Assembly: GCA_965279375.1 (NCBI GenBank)
Contig: OZ257156.1
Location: 224,001 to 288,000 of the forward strand
DNA from: Gemmatimonas sp.
Lineage (GTDB): Bacteria; Gemmatimonadota; Gemmatimonadetes; Gemmatimonadales; Gemmatimonadaceae
DNA length: 64,000 bases
Direction of reading: 5' to 3'
Positions within the stretch are counted from its first letter, which is position 1. Every line of letters begins with the position of its first letter. Below are positions 20,418-29,247 of the stretch, one piece after another. The notes beneath the pieces are model-generated. The model had not been told where the DNA came from. It did not search any database and saw only the letters and a list, made by a program, of their open reading frames with translations. The position numbers were made by a program, and so were the translations under genes.

Positions 20418-20663
20418 ATGCCAATCTACGAGTACGTCTGCACTGCCTGCCAGCACGAGTTCGAGACGCTGGTGCTCGGTGGCCGGGTTCCCGCCTGTCC
20501 CGCGTGCAACAGCGAGGCGCTGGAGCGACTACTGTCGCTGCCGAACGTGAAGTCTGAAACGACGCACGGACTGGCGATGCGCGCGGCGAAGCGACGAGAT
20601 CAGAAGTCGGGGAATGAGCGCATGCAGGAGCAACGGATTTACGAGCAGAGCCACGACGATTGA
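20418..20663 (+). CDS. FmdB family zinc-ribbon protein
   Basis: MPIYEYVCTACQHEFETL...CPACNS..LERLLS. Confidence 0.88.
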   Translation: MPIYEYVCTACQHEFETLVLGGRVPACPACNSEALERLLSLPNVKSETTHGLAMRAAKRRDQKSGNERMQEQRIYEQSHDD

Positions 20664-20698
20664 AACTGCGGATGTAAGCGGATGTAAGCGGGCGTAAC

Positions 20699-20954
20699 CG
20701 GTGACCGGTCACGCCGTTCGCTCCACTCAAGACTGCCCACTCACCACTCGCGACTCGAAACAGAGGAGTGTCAGCGCGGCGGCAGGGCGCAGTGGCCAGT
20801 CCCCGGTTCAGAGTCTTTCACTCAGATCAGGCGGGGTCGAGGACCGCCAACCCGACACCACCCTGTCGCGGGTCTCGGGTGGTGAGTGGCGGGAGATCAG
20901 TGGAGCGAACGGCGTGTCCAGTGACCGAACAACGAACGGCGTGACCGGTCACCG
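20699..20954. repeat. Palindromic element (MITE/REP-like) with 22-bp perfect terminal inverted repeats
   Basis: CGGTGACCGGTCACGCCGTTCG 20699-20720 is the reverse complement of 20933-20954; internal IR 20710-20727/20899-20916 continues as an imperfect stem; preceded by a 10-bp tandem GCGGATGTAA (20668-20697). Confidence 0.8.
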
Positions 20955-21058
20955 AACAGCAAACATCGTCACCGGCGACCCGTTACGCTTGGCTCAAACG
21001 AAACGCGCCACGCTGCGAGCAGCGTGGCGCGTTCCTCGTTCACCAACCGACGACTACC

Positions 21059-23095
21059 TCAGCACGACTTGCACTTGTTGCTGTTCACCGCACCAAGTCG
21101 CACGAGGAAATCCACCGTTTCCACGAAAGGCGGAATGCGCTGCACCGGCCCGTTCGCCATGTCGGCCGTCGTCTGCCCCTTGCGGCTGATCGCCTTCACG
21201 TCGGCGCCCTTGCTCACCAGATACGCGATGAGCACCGTGTCGCCGCGCGCGGCCGCGTGGTGCACCGCGTTGTAGCCGTTGAAGTCCCGCGCGTTCACGT
21301 CCATGTGCAGCTCTTCCACCAGGTACTTCACGGCGGGGAGCCAGCTATCCGGCGCGTGGCGGTGCGAGTTGGCAGCAAAGCCTTCGCCGTAGCCCACGCC
21401 AGACGCCGCGTGAATCGCCAGGACACCGGGGCCGCCCGCAGGAACCGGCGCCAACCCCGACGGATCCTTGTTGGGGTCTCCGGCGGCGTCATCCGGCGAC
21501 GCATCGGCGTTGAAGCTGCGACCGGCCGGCTTAAGCGTCGGGAGATTCACATCGGCGCCGTACTTCACAAGTAGCTTCATCGCTTCGACGTCCGTGCCGT
21601 ACGCAGCGCGCCAGAACGGCGTCGCGCCCGTGGTATTCACGCCGAGCAGGTCGAAGTTGTACGACATGTACCAGAGGTGCTTGTTGAGGCGCGCGTTGAC
21701 GTCGGCACCGGCCTTGATCAGCGCTTCCATCAGCTCTAGGTACGTCGTCTGCTGCTGCAGCTGCGCCGTCGGCTGCGGGTAGAGCGACTTGGCCGCCCAC
21801 TGCACGTTGATGACCGTATAGAGCGGCGTCGCGCCCGCGTCGCTGGCCAGCTTGGGGTTCGCACCCTTCTCCAGCAGCGTCTTGGCCAGATCGAAGCGGC
21901 CATTGATCGTCGCCATCAGGAGAGGGCTCGTATGATCGCCCGCGCTCACCTGATTGATGTCCGCGCCGGCCTTGAGCAGTGCGTTCACCGACTCCGCGCT
22001 GCCCTGACGCACCGCGAACAGGAGCGGCGTCAGGCCGCCCTTGTTGCCCACCAGATCGCCGTAGCTCCCGGAGCCGTTGATACGACCGCCCGTCGAGTCG
22101 CCACCGGCCGCTGCCGGCCCTGCGCCACGACCACCGGCGGCAGGTCCAGCCGCCACGCGCGGCGCCGCACTATCACCACGCATCGCACGCGCGGGACCAC
22201 CGGCCGTTGCTGACGGCGCTGCCGCTGACGGCGCTGCCGCTGCGGGCTTTGCCGCTGCGGGCTTTTCCGCGGACGGCGCCGACGGAGCGGATGGCGTCGG
22301 CGCAGGCGCTGCCGCCGCGACGGCAACAGGTGCGGGCGCCGGTGTCGCTACTGCGCCCGGCGCGCCGGCAGGACCGCCCGCTGGATTGCCCGGCGTGCCA
22401 GCGCCGCGCGGGGGGGCCTCGGCCGATTTCATCGCGGCCACGCGCCGTGCGCGAAGCCCCAGTGCCAAGCGGTCCGCACGCTCGCGCGCGGCCACGTCTT
22501 CGATCTTGGACGCCGCCTTGATGTCGGCACCCTTGGCGATCAACAGCTCCACCGCGCCCGCGCGATTCGCTGCCGCCGCCCACATGAGTGGCGTCTGTCC
22601 GAACGCGGTCTCCTTGGCATCGATCTTGGCACCCGCCGCGATCAGCGCTGCGACCGCCTCCACATTCCCCTGCTCTGCCGCGAAGTGCAGCGGCGTGGCA
22701 CCGCCAGACGTCGTGACGACGTTGGCGTTCGCGCCCGCAGCCAGCAGCGCCTTGACCGTGGCAGCCTTGCCCGCTTTGGCAGCCAGATGCAGCGGCGTGT
22801 AGTTGCCGTTGCGCGTGGCCACTTCGAGACGCGCACCCGCCGTGATGAGCATGCTGGTTAACCGTGCATCACCGCGCGCGGCCGCCCAGTGCAGCGCCGT
22901 CATGCCGTCCGGCTGCGCGGCATTCGCATCGATGCCCTGCTTGAGCAGGATGCGCACGGACATCGAGTCCCCGCGCATCACCGCATCGGCCACCGGCGAT
23001 TCGGTGCGATCGTAGGTCCGCGTCGGCGTCGCCGCCGACAGCAGCACGATGGCGCCGATCGACGCGGCGCCGAGGAGGAAGCGGTTGTTACGCAT
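21059..23095 (-). CDS. Exported ankyrin repeat protein
   Basis: Signal peptide; repeats DGMTALHWAA, TPLHLAA, TPLHFAA, TPLMWAA, TPLLFAV; Pro/Ala-rich linker; C-terminal CKSC. Confidence 0.9.
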   Translation of the reverse strand: MRNNRFLLGAASIGAIVLLSAATPTRTYDRTESPVADAVMRGDSMSVRILLKQGIDANAAQPDGMTALHWAAARGDARLTSMLITAGARLEVATRNGNYTPLHLAAKAGKAATVKALLAAGANANVVTTSGGATPLHFAAEQGNVEAVAALIAAGAKIDAKETAFGQTPLMWAAAANRAGAVELLIAKGADIKAASKIEDVAARERADRLALGLRARRVAAMKSAEAPPRGAGTPGNPAGGPAGAPGAVATPAPAPVAVAAAAPAPTPSAPSAPSAEKPAAAKPAAAAPSAAAPSATAGGPARAMRGDSAAPRVAAGPAAGGRGAGPAAAGGDSTGGRINGSGSYGDLVGNKGGLTPLLFAVRQGSAESVNALLKAGADINQVSAGDHTSPLLMATINGRFDLAKTLLEKGANPKLASDAGATPLYTVINVQWAAKSLYPQPTAQLQQQTTYLELMEALIKAGADVNARLNKHLWYMSYNFDLLGVNTTGATPFWRAAYGTDVEAMKLLVKYGADVNLPTLKPAGRSFNADASPDDAAGDPNKDPSGLAPVPAGGPGVLAIHAASGVGYGEGFAANSHRHAPDSWLPAVKYLVEELHMDVNARDFNGYNAVHHAAARGDTVLIAYLVSKGADVKAISRKGQTTADMANGPVQRIPPFVETVDFLVRLGAVNSNKCKSC

Positions 23096-24476
23096 TGGCG
23101 CGGAGAGTGAGCGGTCCCGTGCTGTCGCCCAGGCTCTTCTGGTCGTTCATGCCCAGGCTGTGCATCACGCTCAACATCGCGTTCGCCATCGGCGTGCCGT
23201 CCGGCGCCTTGATGTGCGTGTTGCCTTCGATCGTGCCACCGGCGTGCCCGAGGAGAATGAGCGGGCAGCGGCGGTGATTGTGCAAGTTCGAATCGCTCAT
23301 CGGCGAGCCGTACATGACGAGCGTCTTGTCGAGCATCGTCTGATCGCCTTCGGTGATCGCCTTGAGCTTGTCGAGGAAGTACGGGAGCATCGCGACATGA
23401 TACTTGTTGATCATGTTGAACTCCTTGACGCCCTTTTCCGTGCCGCCGTGGTGCGACGCCGGATGGAACGGCTTGTCCGAGCCGCTTTCCGCGTACACAC
23501 GGCTCGAGCCGTCGCGACCCATCTTGAACGAGAAGACGCGCGTGATGTCGGCCGCGAAGGCCAAGGCCTGCAGGTCGAACATCAACTCGACGTGCTCCTT
23601 GAACGAGTCAGGCACGCCGGCCGGCGCTTCCGGCAACTCACGCACTTCACCGCTCTTGTTGCGCGCTTCGATGCGCTGAATGCGACGCTCGACTTCGCGG
23701 ATGTCTTCGAGATACTTGTCGAGACGATTGCGGTCGTCCGCCGCCAGCGACGACTTGAGCGACTTCATTTCGCCCGCGACGAAATCGAGAATGCTGCGAC
23801 GCGTCATGCGGCGTTCGGCGCGCTCCGCACTCGAACCACCGACGCCGAACAGCTTTTCGAACGCCACGCGCGGATCACGAATGACCGGCAGCGGCTCCGT
23901 CGGAGACGACCAGGAAATCGAGTCGGTGTAGACGCAGGCGTAGCCGTAGGCGCAACCACCGGCCTGGTCCACGTTCTCGATGCACAGCTGCATCGAGGGG
24001 ATCGGGGTGTCCTGTCCGAAGCGCTGCGCGTAGAGCTGATCGAGCGACGTGCCGACGCGTACGTCGGAGCCTTCGGTCTGGCGCGCATGCGCCTGCGTGA
24101 GATACGTCGCGCTGGAGCGGAAATGGTCACCGCCCACTTCATTCGGAGAAAACGGCTCCGCCGAGCGCACGTCGGTGTTGCTGATGATCGTGAGGTGCTT
24201 GCGATACGCTTCCAGCGAATTGAGCGCCGTCGGGCTCAGGTCGTAGTTGCGTCCCGTCGCGGCAGGCGACCACAGGTTGAGCTTCGCGCCCAACTCGTTG
24301 CAGCCGGCCGCGCCGTGCACCATTTCGATCGCCACGAGACGCGGCGCGTCATTGACCTTGCGCCAGCCTCCGCGACCCGCGGGCATCATCGCATCGAGAT
24401 ACGGGAGCGCGATGGTCGCGCTGAGTCCCTGAACAAAGCTCCGTCGCGGGAGCGGCTTTCCACTCAGGTATTGCAT
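23088..24476 (-). CDS. DUF1552 domain protein
   Basis: Twin-Arg-like LPRRSFVQG...ALPYLDAM; SLDQ; DPRVAFEKLFG; RRSILD; DITRV; HNHRRCPLILLG; follows a DUF1592 gene. Confidence 0.88.
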   Translation of the reverse strand: MQYLSGKPLPRRSFVQGLSATIALPYLDAMMPAGRGGWRKVNDAPRLVAIEMVHGAAGCNELGAKLNLWSPAATGRNYDLSPTALNSLEAYRKHLTIISNTDVRSAEPFSPNEVGGDHFRSSATYLTQAHARQTEGSDVRVGTSLDQLYAQRFGQDTPIPSMQLCIENVDQAGGCAYGYACVYTDSISWSSPTEPLPVIRDPRVAFEKLFGVGGSSAERAERRMTRRSILDFVAGEMKSLKSSLAADDRNRLDKYLEDIREVERRIQRIEARNKSGEVRELPEAPAGVPDSFKEHVELMFDLQALAFAADITRVFSFKMGRDGSSRVYAESGSDKPFHPASHHGGTEKGVKEFNMINKYHVAMLPYFLDKLKAITEGDQTMLDKTLVMYGSPMSDSNLHNHRRCPLILLGHAGGTIEGNTHIKAPDGTPMANAMLSVMHSLGMNDQKSLGDSTGPLTLRANA

Positions 24477-24507
24477 GATCTCTGCGTCTCCGTGTGCGTT
24501 GGTAGGA

Positions 24508-27015
24508 TCAGCGGCTGCTGCCAGCCGCGTCCTGCGAGCCCGCGTCTGCGTTTACGACGGTTGCCTTCTTCATGCGGAACGCATCGCTCTTCACGACGCC
24601 CCACACCAGGTCCTGCATCCGATAGTTGCCCGCCTGTGCATCGGACACGATGCGGCGAATCGCGGGACCATCGTAGTACTCGACGCGGCGACCGACCGCG
24701 TACGCCATCAGGTTCTGCGTGAACGAGCGAATCATCGGGACGGGACGCTTGAGCAACGCCTTCTGCAGATCGGTCAGGCTGTTGATCTTCGTGCCGTCGT
24801 AGAAATCGCCACTCGCATCCACCGGTACGCCATTCTCACGGACGCGCCACTGACCGGTCACGTCAAAGTTGTCGAGCGCGAGACCGATCGGATCCATCAT
24901 GCGATGACACGAGCGGCACGACGGATTGTCGCGGTGCATCTCCATGCGCTCGCGTGTCGTGAGCATGCGGCCTTCCTTCGCTTCGGCCGTCTTCTCGAGA
25001 TCGGGTACATTTGGCGGCGGAGCCGGCGGCGGCGAGCCGATGAGCACTTCCATCACCCACTTGCCGCGCAACACCGGTGACGTGCGATTGGCGTGCGAGG
25101 TGAGCGTGAGAATGCTGCCATGCCCCATCAGACCGCTGCGCTTGTCGTCGACGTACTTCACCTTCCGGAACTCAGGGCCCGTCACGCCCGGGATACCGTA
25201 GTGTTCGGCCAACCGCTCGTTCACGAAAGTGTAGTTGGCGTTGTAGAGCTCGAGCGCGCTCTTGTTCTCGCGTACGATGCTGTTGAAGAACAGCTCCGTC
25301 TCGCGCTTCATGTCGTCGGCGAGCTGCTCGTGGAAGTTCGGAAACTGCAGCGCGTCCGGCGCCACCTTCTCGATATCCGACAGGCGCAACCACTGTGATG
25401 CGAAGCGCGTGGCCAGCGCCTCGGAGCGCGGATCGGCGAGCATGCGCTTGACCTGACCACGCAACACCGTCGTGTCCATCAGAGCGTTGCGACGTGCCAG
25501 CGACAGCAGCGCTGAGTCCGGGGCCGCGCCCCAGAGGAAGAACGACAACCGCGACGCGAGATCGGTGCTGCCGAGCGCGTACCGCTCGCCCGCCTTCACC
25601 GTCGTCGGCCGTGACTCGACGCGGAAGATGAAGTGCGGGCTGGCCAGCAACGCTTCGATCGCGGTGCGGATGCCGACTTCAAAGCCGCCCATCTTCGATC
25701 CAGTGTCGTAGAACGTCATCAGCGACTTCGTGTCCGTCAGCGACAGCGGGCGACGATACGCGTTCGCGCCGAGCCGGTTGATGATCTGCTCTGCGCACGG
25801 ACGCGCTTCGGCGGGGGACAACGGGCGGCAGCTGAAGATGCGCTTGCGGCTCACGGTCTCCGAGACGCCCGTCGGGTTGTACGGGCCGGAGATGCTGAAG
25901 TGCTGCAGATGCGCGCCGATCGTGATGCCCGACTGCGAGCCGATCTGCGTGTCCGCAATGCTGTGTCCGATCGGCGCGATGTTGTCGTTGACGGGACCTT
26001 CGAACGTGCGCACGAATGCCGCCGTCACCCGATGCGCACCGGCTCGCACCTGAATGGGCTTGGTGCGCATTTCCATGCCGTTCGGATCGGCCTGCGACAT
26101 GCCCCGATCGATCTCGAGCACGGCCGCGCGCTCACCATCGATGGATACTTCGACCTTCTCGTCGAACGGCGCCGTGGAGCCGTACAGCTGGCCCGTCGGA
26201 ATCGCGTGCAGCGAGACGGTGAAGATGTATTCGCCGTCGGCCGGGAAGTTGTGCACCGCCGACTCACCGCCGCGCGTGCCCTGCGGCGCACCGATTGCGG
26301 TTTCGGTCTGCGAGGCGAGACGTGCGAGCTTGTACGTGGTCGTCGACACACTCGCCGTCGGATCACCCACGGCGAGACGGCTGATCGCGCTGGCGGCATC
26401 GAGATACGCATCGAGCAGCGTCGCCGACGGCATCTGCGAGTCGGCGATGTTGTCGAAGTTCGCGCTCTTGGTGTCGAGCGGCAGCCACGAGCCCGCGTTG
26501 ACATCGATCGAGAGCAGGTCACGCACCGACCGCTCGTACTCGGCGCGATTCAACCGCTGAAAGGTGCGGCTCCCCGGATTCGGATTGGTCGCGGCCTTGG
26601 TGTCGATCAGGCGCTCGATCGTTTCGGTGAGCTGCTGCAAGGTGTCACCACCCGGACGCTCGCGACCGGCGGGCGGCATCATCCCCGTGCGCAGCTTGAC
26701 GATCACCTTCTCCGCGACTTCAGCAGAGTTCGCCGAGTTGGCGACGCTGAAATTCGCGAGGGAGAGATTGCCCAGGTGACGATTCTCGCTGTGGCACGAC
26801 TCGGCGCAGGTGCCGGCGACCACGTTGTTGAGCACGTCAACCGGAATCGCCTTGCCGCGCGTCTTGGGCGCGTGAGAGGTGACCGCACGCCGAACCGGCG
26901 TGGGTGTCGAGGGAGGAAGCGGACGTACGCGCGCCTTCTCTTTGGGTCCATCGTGGGCCGCCGAACCGGCGGCAACCAGCAGCACTCCTGCTGCGGCTAC
27001 TACGAGCGCCTTCAT
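24508..27015 (-). CDS. DUF1592/DUF1588/DUF1587/DUF1595/DUF1585 multidomain protein with c-type heme motifs
   Basis: RLNRAEYERSVRDLL, LASRLSFFLW, FASQWL, TSPVLRGKWV, CRSCH..MDPIG.ALDNFD..G.WR; N-terminal CAESCH...MMPP. Confidence 0.9.
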   Translation of the reverse strand: MKALVVAAAGVLLVAAGSAAHDGPKEKARVRPLPPSTPTPVRRAVTSHAPKTRGKAIPVDVLNNVVAGTCAESCHSENRHLGNLSLANFSVANSANSAEVAEKVIVKLRTGMMPPAGRERPGGDTLQQLTETIERLIDTKAATNPNPGSRTFQRLNRAEYERSVRDLLSIDVNAGSWLPLDTKSANFDNIADSQMPSATLLDAYLDAASAISRLAVGDPTASVSTTTYKLARLASQTETAIGAPQGTRGGESAVHNFPADGEYIFTVSLHAIPTGQLYGSTAPFDEKVEVSIDGERAAVLEIDRGMSQADPNGMEMRTKPIQVRAGAHRVTAAFVRTFEGPVNDNIAPIGHSIADTQIGSQSGITIGAHLQHFSISGPYNPTGVSETVSRKRIFSCRPLSPAEARPCAEQIINRLGANAYRRPLSLTDTKSLMTFYDTGSKMGGFEVGIRTAIEALLASPHFIFRVESRPTTVKAGERYALGSTDLASRLSFFLWGAAPDSALLSLARRNALMDTTVLRGQVKRMLADPRSEALATRFASQWLRLSDIEKVAPDALQFPNFHEQLADDMKRETELFFNSIVRENKSALELYNANYTFVNERLAEHYGIPGVTGPEFRKVKYVDDKRSGLMGHGSILTLTSHANRTSPVLRGKWVMEVLIGSPPPAPPPNVPDLEKTAEAKEGRMLTTRERMEMHRDNPSCRSCHRMMDPIGLALDNFDVTGQWRVRENGVPVDASGDFYDGTKINSLTDLQKALLKRPVPMIRSFTQNLMAYAVGRRVEYYDGPAIRRIVSDAQAGNYRMQDLVWGVVKSDAFRMKKATVVNADAGSQDAAGSSR

Positions 27016-27231
27016 AACCCGGACCTCGAGGTCTTTGCGGCAAATAGGTGGGAGACAACGCTTTAAGCTGCCGTGCCGTTACCCTCTTGAGCAAGGGCAT
27101 CCGTCCCGTGCGGCTCACAAGGCGGCGGGGATCCGCTCTTGCCGGAGGGCCGACGGTGGCGCATTCTCTGCCCACCACCCTCCCCCCTGGTGTGAGTACG
27201 CAGTTCCTACCGAAAACGTGGAGCATCTCCC

Positions 27232-28203
27232 GTGCGAGTACGCTGGCTTGCGACCGCCGCCGTCGCGGCATCGACCCTTGGCTCCCCTGTAACGGCCCAA
27301 GGCGGTGCTCATCTGAACCCAACCGTCGACCTGCTGGCCAAGAAGCAGCCGGTCTTTGGCCTCTATGCCCCGGCCAATCGCCGCGCCGGTCGCGGCGCTC
27401 CGGCGCTCCCGCCTGATTCAGTCAAGTCGCCGGCCCAGCTTGCCCAGGAGGCGATGGCCAACAAGACGGCCGACTACATCTTCGACGGCACGATGGAAGG
27501 CAACTTCGACGCCGGGTACACCTTCTTCTCCGAGTTCGCCAAGGGCATGGCCGCGGCCGGTCCCAGCTCGAAGGACCGTTTCCGTCAACCGCTCGTGGTG
27601 AAGACGCCGGAGATCGCGCCGGATACGGTCCTCGCGGCAACGCGTATCGCCAAGCAGCTCAATCTGGGTGTCAGCACGATCGTCTTCGTGGGCGTCGAGA
27701 GCGCCAAGGAAGTCGAGCAGGGTCTCCGCATGATGCGCTTCAAGTCACATGGCGGCATTCGCCCGGATGACGTGGGCGGCGCACCCGCGCAGTGGGGGAT
27801 GAGCGAGAAGGACTACAAGGCCAAGGCTGATCTGTGGCCGCTCAACCCCAAGGGCGAGATCACCAACTGGACGATCGTCGAGAGCAAGGAAGGGCTCGCG
27901 CACATTCGCGAGATCGCGGCCGTGAAGGGCATTGGTGCGCTCTTCCCTGGTGCCGGCACGCTGCGCGGCGTTTTCAGCACGACCGACGCTGCCGGCAAGC
28001 GCACCTTCGACGAAGCTGCGTGGGAAGCGGCGATCCAGTCAGTGCTCGCCGCCTGCAAGGAGTTCAATGTGCCCTGCGGCTACCCGGCCACCGCCACCGA
28101 CATCGAGATGCGCATGAAGCAGGGCTTCAGCGTCTTCGTCATCGGATGGGGTGAACCGGGATTCAAGGCCGTCGACATCGGCCGCAAGGCGGCCGGTCGT
28201 TAA
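27232..28203 (+). CDS. Exported HpcH/HpaI aldolase-fold protein (divergent)
   Basis: GTG start and signal peptide; IVESKEGLAHIREIAAVKGIGALFPGAGTL, AIQSVLAACK...G and QGF resemble the HpcH/HpaI family. Confidence 0.7.
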   Translation: MRVRWLATAAVAASTLGSPVTAQGGAHLNPTVDLLAKKQPVFGLYAPANRRAGRGAPALPPDSVKSPAQLAQEAMANKTADYIFDGTMEGNFDAGYTFFSEFAKGMAAAGPSSKDRFRQPLVVKTPEIAPDTVLAATRIAKQLNLGVSTIVFVGVESAKEVEQGLRMMRFKSHGGIRPDDVGGAPAQWGMSEKDYKAKADLWPLNPKGEITNWTIVESKEGLAHIREIAAVKGIGALFPGAGTLRGVFSTTDAAGKRTFDEAAWEAAIQSVLAACKEFNVPCGYPATATDIEMRMKQGFSVFVIGWGEPGFKAVDIGRKAAGR

Positions 28204-28226
28204 GCAAGTGCAGTTAGACCGCTGAG

Positions 28227-29168
28227 TTAGTTTCCTGCCGTCATGCCCATGAAGCCGCGGATCTGCTTGACGGCGTAGGACACTTTCAGCTCGAATGCCT
28301 TCTTGCCCAGCTCCTTGCTGGCACGACGCGCATCACCAGTAATGCCATTGTTCACGCGCGGCGCGTTCGGATCGCGCCGCGTGCCCGGCGGCAACACGGG
28401 ATCGCCGAGCGCGGTCTTGATCAGCTCCTTGCGCACCCACACATCACCACCGAGGAACAGCATGGTGGACGTATCGGGAATGCCCGCGTGTGAGCTGCTG
28501 GGATAGCCCTGCGACTGCAGCCACTTGTCGAAGTCGCCCTGTGCCTTGGCGTACACTTCGTCGCAGTAGTACACGTGAATGTTCTGCGGCGCGTACTTCT
28601 CGTCGAGCTTCTTGGCGACCGCTGCGTACACGTTGGGCTGTCCGCCGCCGTGATCGCCCATCAGCACCACGCTCGTGAATCCGGTGACGATGGCCTGCTC
28701 AGCCAAGCGCTCGAGAATCGCACCCAACAGCTCCGGCGTGAGTCCGATCGTTCCCGGCAGCGTCGCACTCGCATTGTTGGGCGTGTACGGCAGCACCGGC
28801 ATCGCGATCGCGTTTCCCAGTTCCAGCGCGATCTGCTTGACGATCGCCTTGCCCATCAGGTTGTGGCCACCGTTGGCGTTCTGCGGACCACGCTGTTCAG
28901 TGCCGCCCGTGTAGAACAGCGCCGTCTTCTTCCCTGCTTCCATCGCGGCCTTCACTTCGGGCCACGTCATGATCTCGAACTCGACCAACGGATCCTTGGC
29001 CGGGCGATGCTTGGTGACCGTCGCATCCGGTCGCGCATAGGTGCTGGTATACGCAGCGGCCGGCGACGCGGCGATCAGCGTGCTTGCCAGCGCGAGTCCG
29101 ACGGCGCGTACGGCGTGTCGCGGCCGTGCGCTGCGAGTCAACAACGACATGCGTGATCTGGTCGACAT
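28227..29168 (-). CDS. Exported creatininase family protein
   Basis: Signal peptide; MTWPEV, GGTEQRGP, LPGTI, GDHGGGQ, HAGIPDTS, GITGD.R.AS.ELG. Confidence 0.82.
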   Translation of the reverse strand: MSTRSRMSLLTRSARPRHAVRAVGLALASTLIAASPAAAYTSTYARPDATVTKHRPAKDPLVEFEIMTWPEVKAAMEAGKKTALFYTGGTEQRGPQNANGGHNLMGKAIVKQIALELGNAIAMPVLPYTPNNASATLPGTIGLTPELLGAILERLAEQAIVTGFTSVVLMGDHGGGQPNVYAAVAKKLDEKYAPQNIHVYYCDEVYAKAQGDFDKWLQSQGYPSSSHAGIPDTSTMLFLGGDVWVRKELIKTALGDPVLPPGTRRDPNAPRVNNGITGDARRASKELGKKAFELKVSYAVKQIRGFMGMTAGN

Positions 29169-29185
29169 GGGAAATTCTCCGTGAG

Positions 29186-29226
29186 AAAAAGGGAAGCCGG
29201 CCGACGATCTCTCGCCGCCCGGCTCC
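29186..29226 (-). terminator. Rho-independent terminator-like hairpin downstream of the second susD-like gene
   Basis: Minus strand reads GGAGCCGGGCGGCGA-GAGA-TCGTCGGCCGGCTTCC followed by CTTTTT. Confidence 0.6.
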
Positions 29227-29247
29227 TCGTGGATCGACTACCGCAGG

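Noticed and set aside
20668..20697. Short tandem GCGGATGTAA repeats as a possible CRISPR array
   Set aside because: 10-bp units with no spacers, and no cas genes in the window.
22209..22270. 15-bp tandem repeats inside the ankyrin gene
   Set aside because: They encode an in-frame Pro/Ala linker (AAAKP/AAAPS); ordinary low-complexity sequence.
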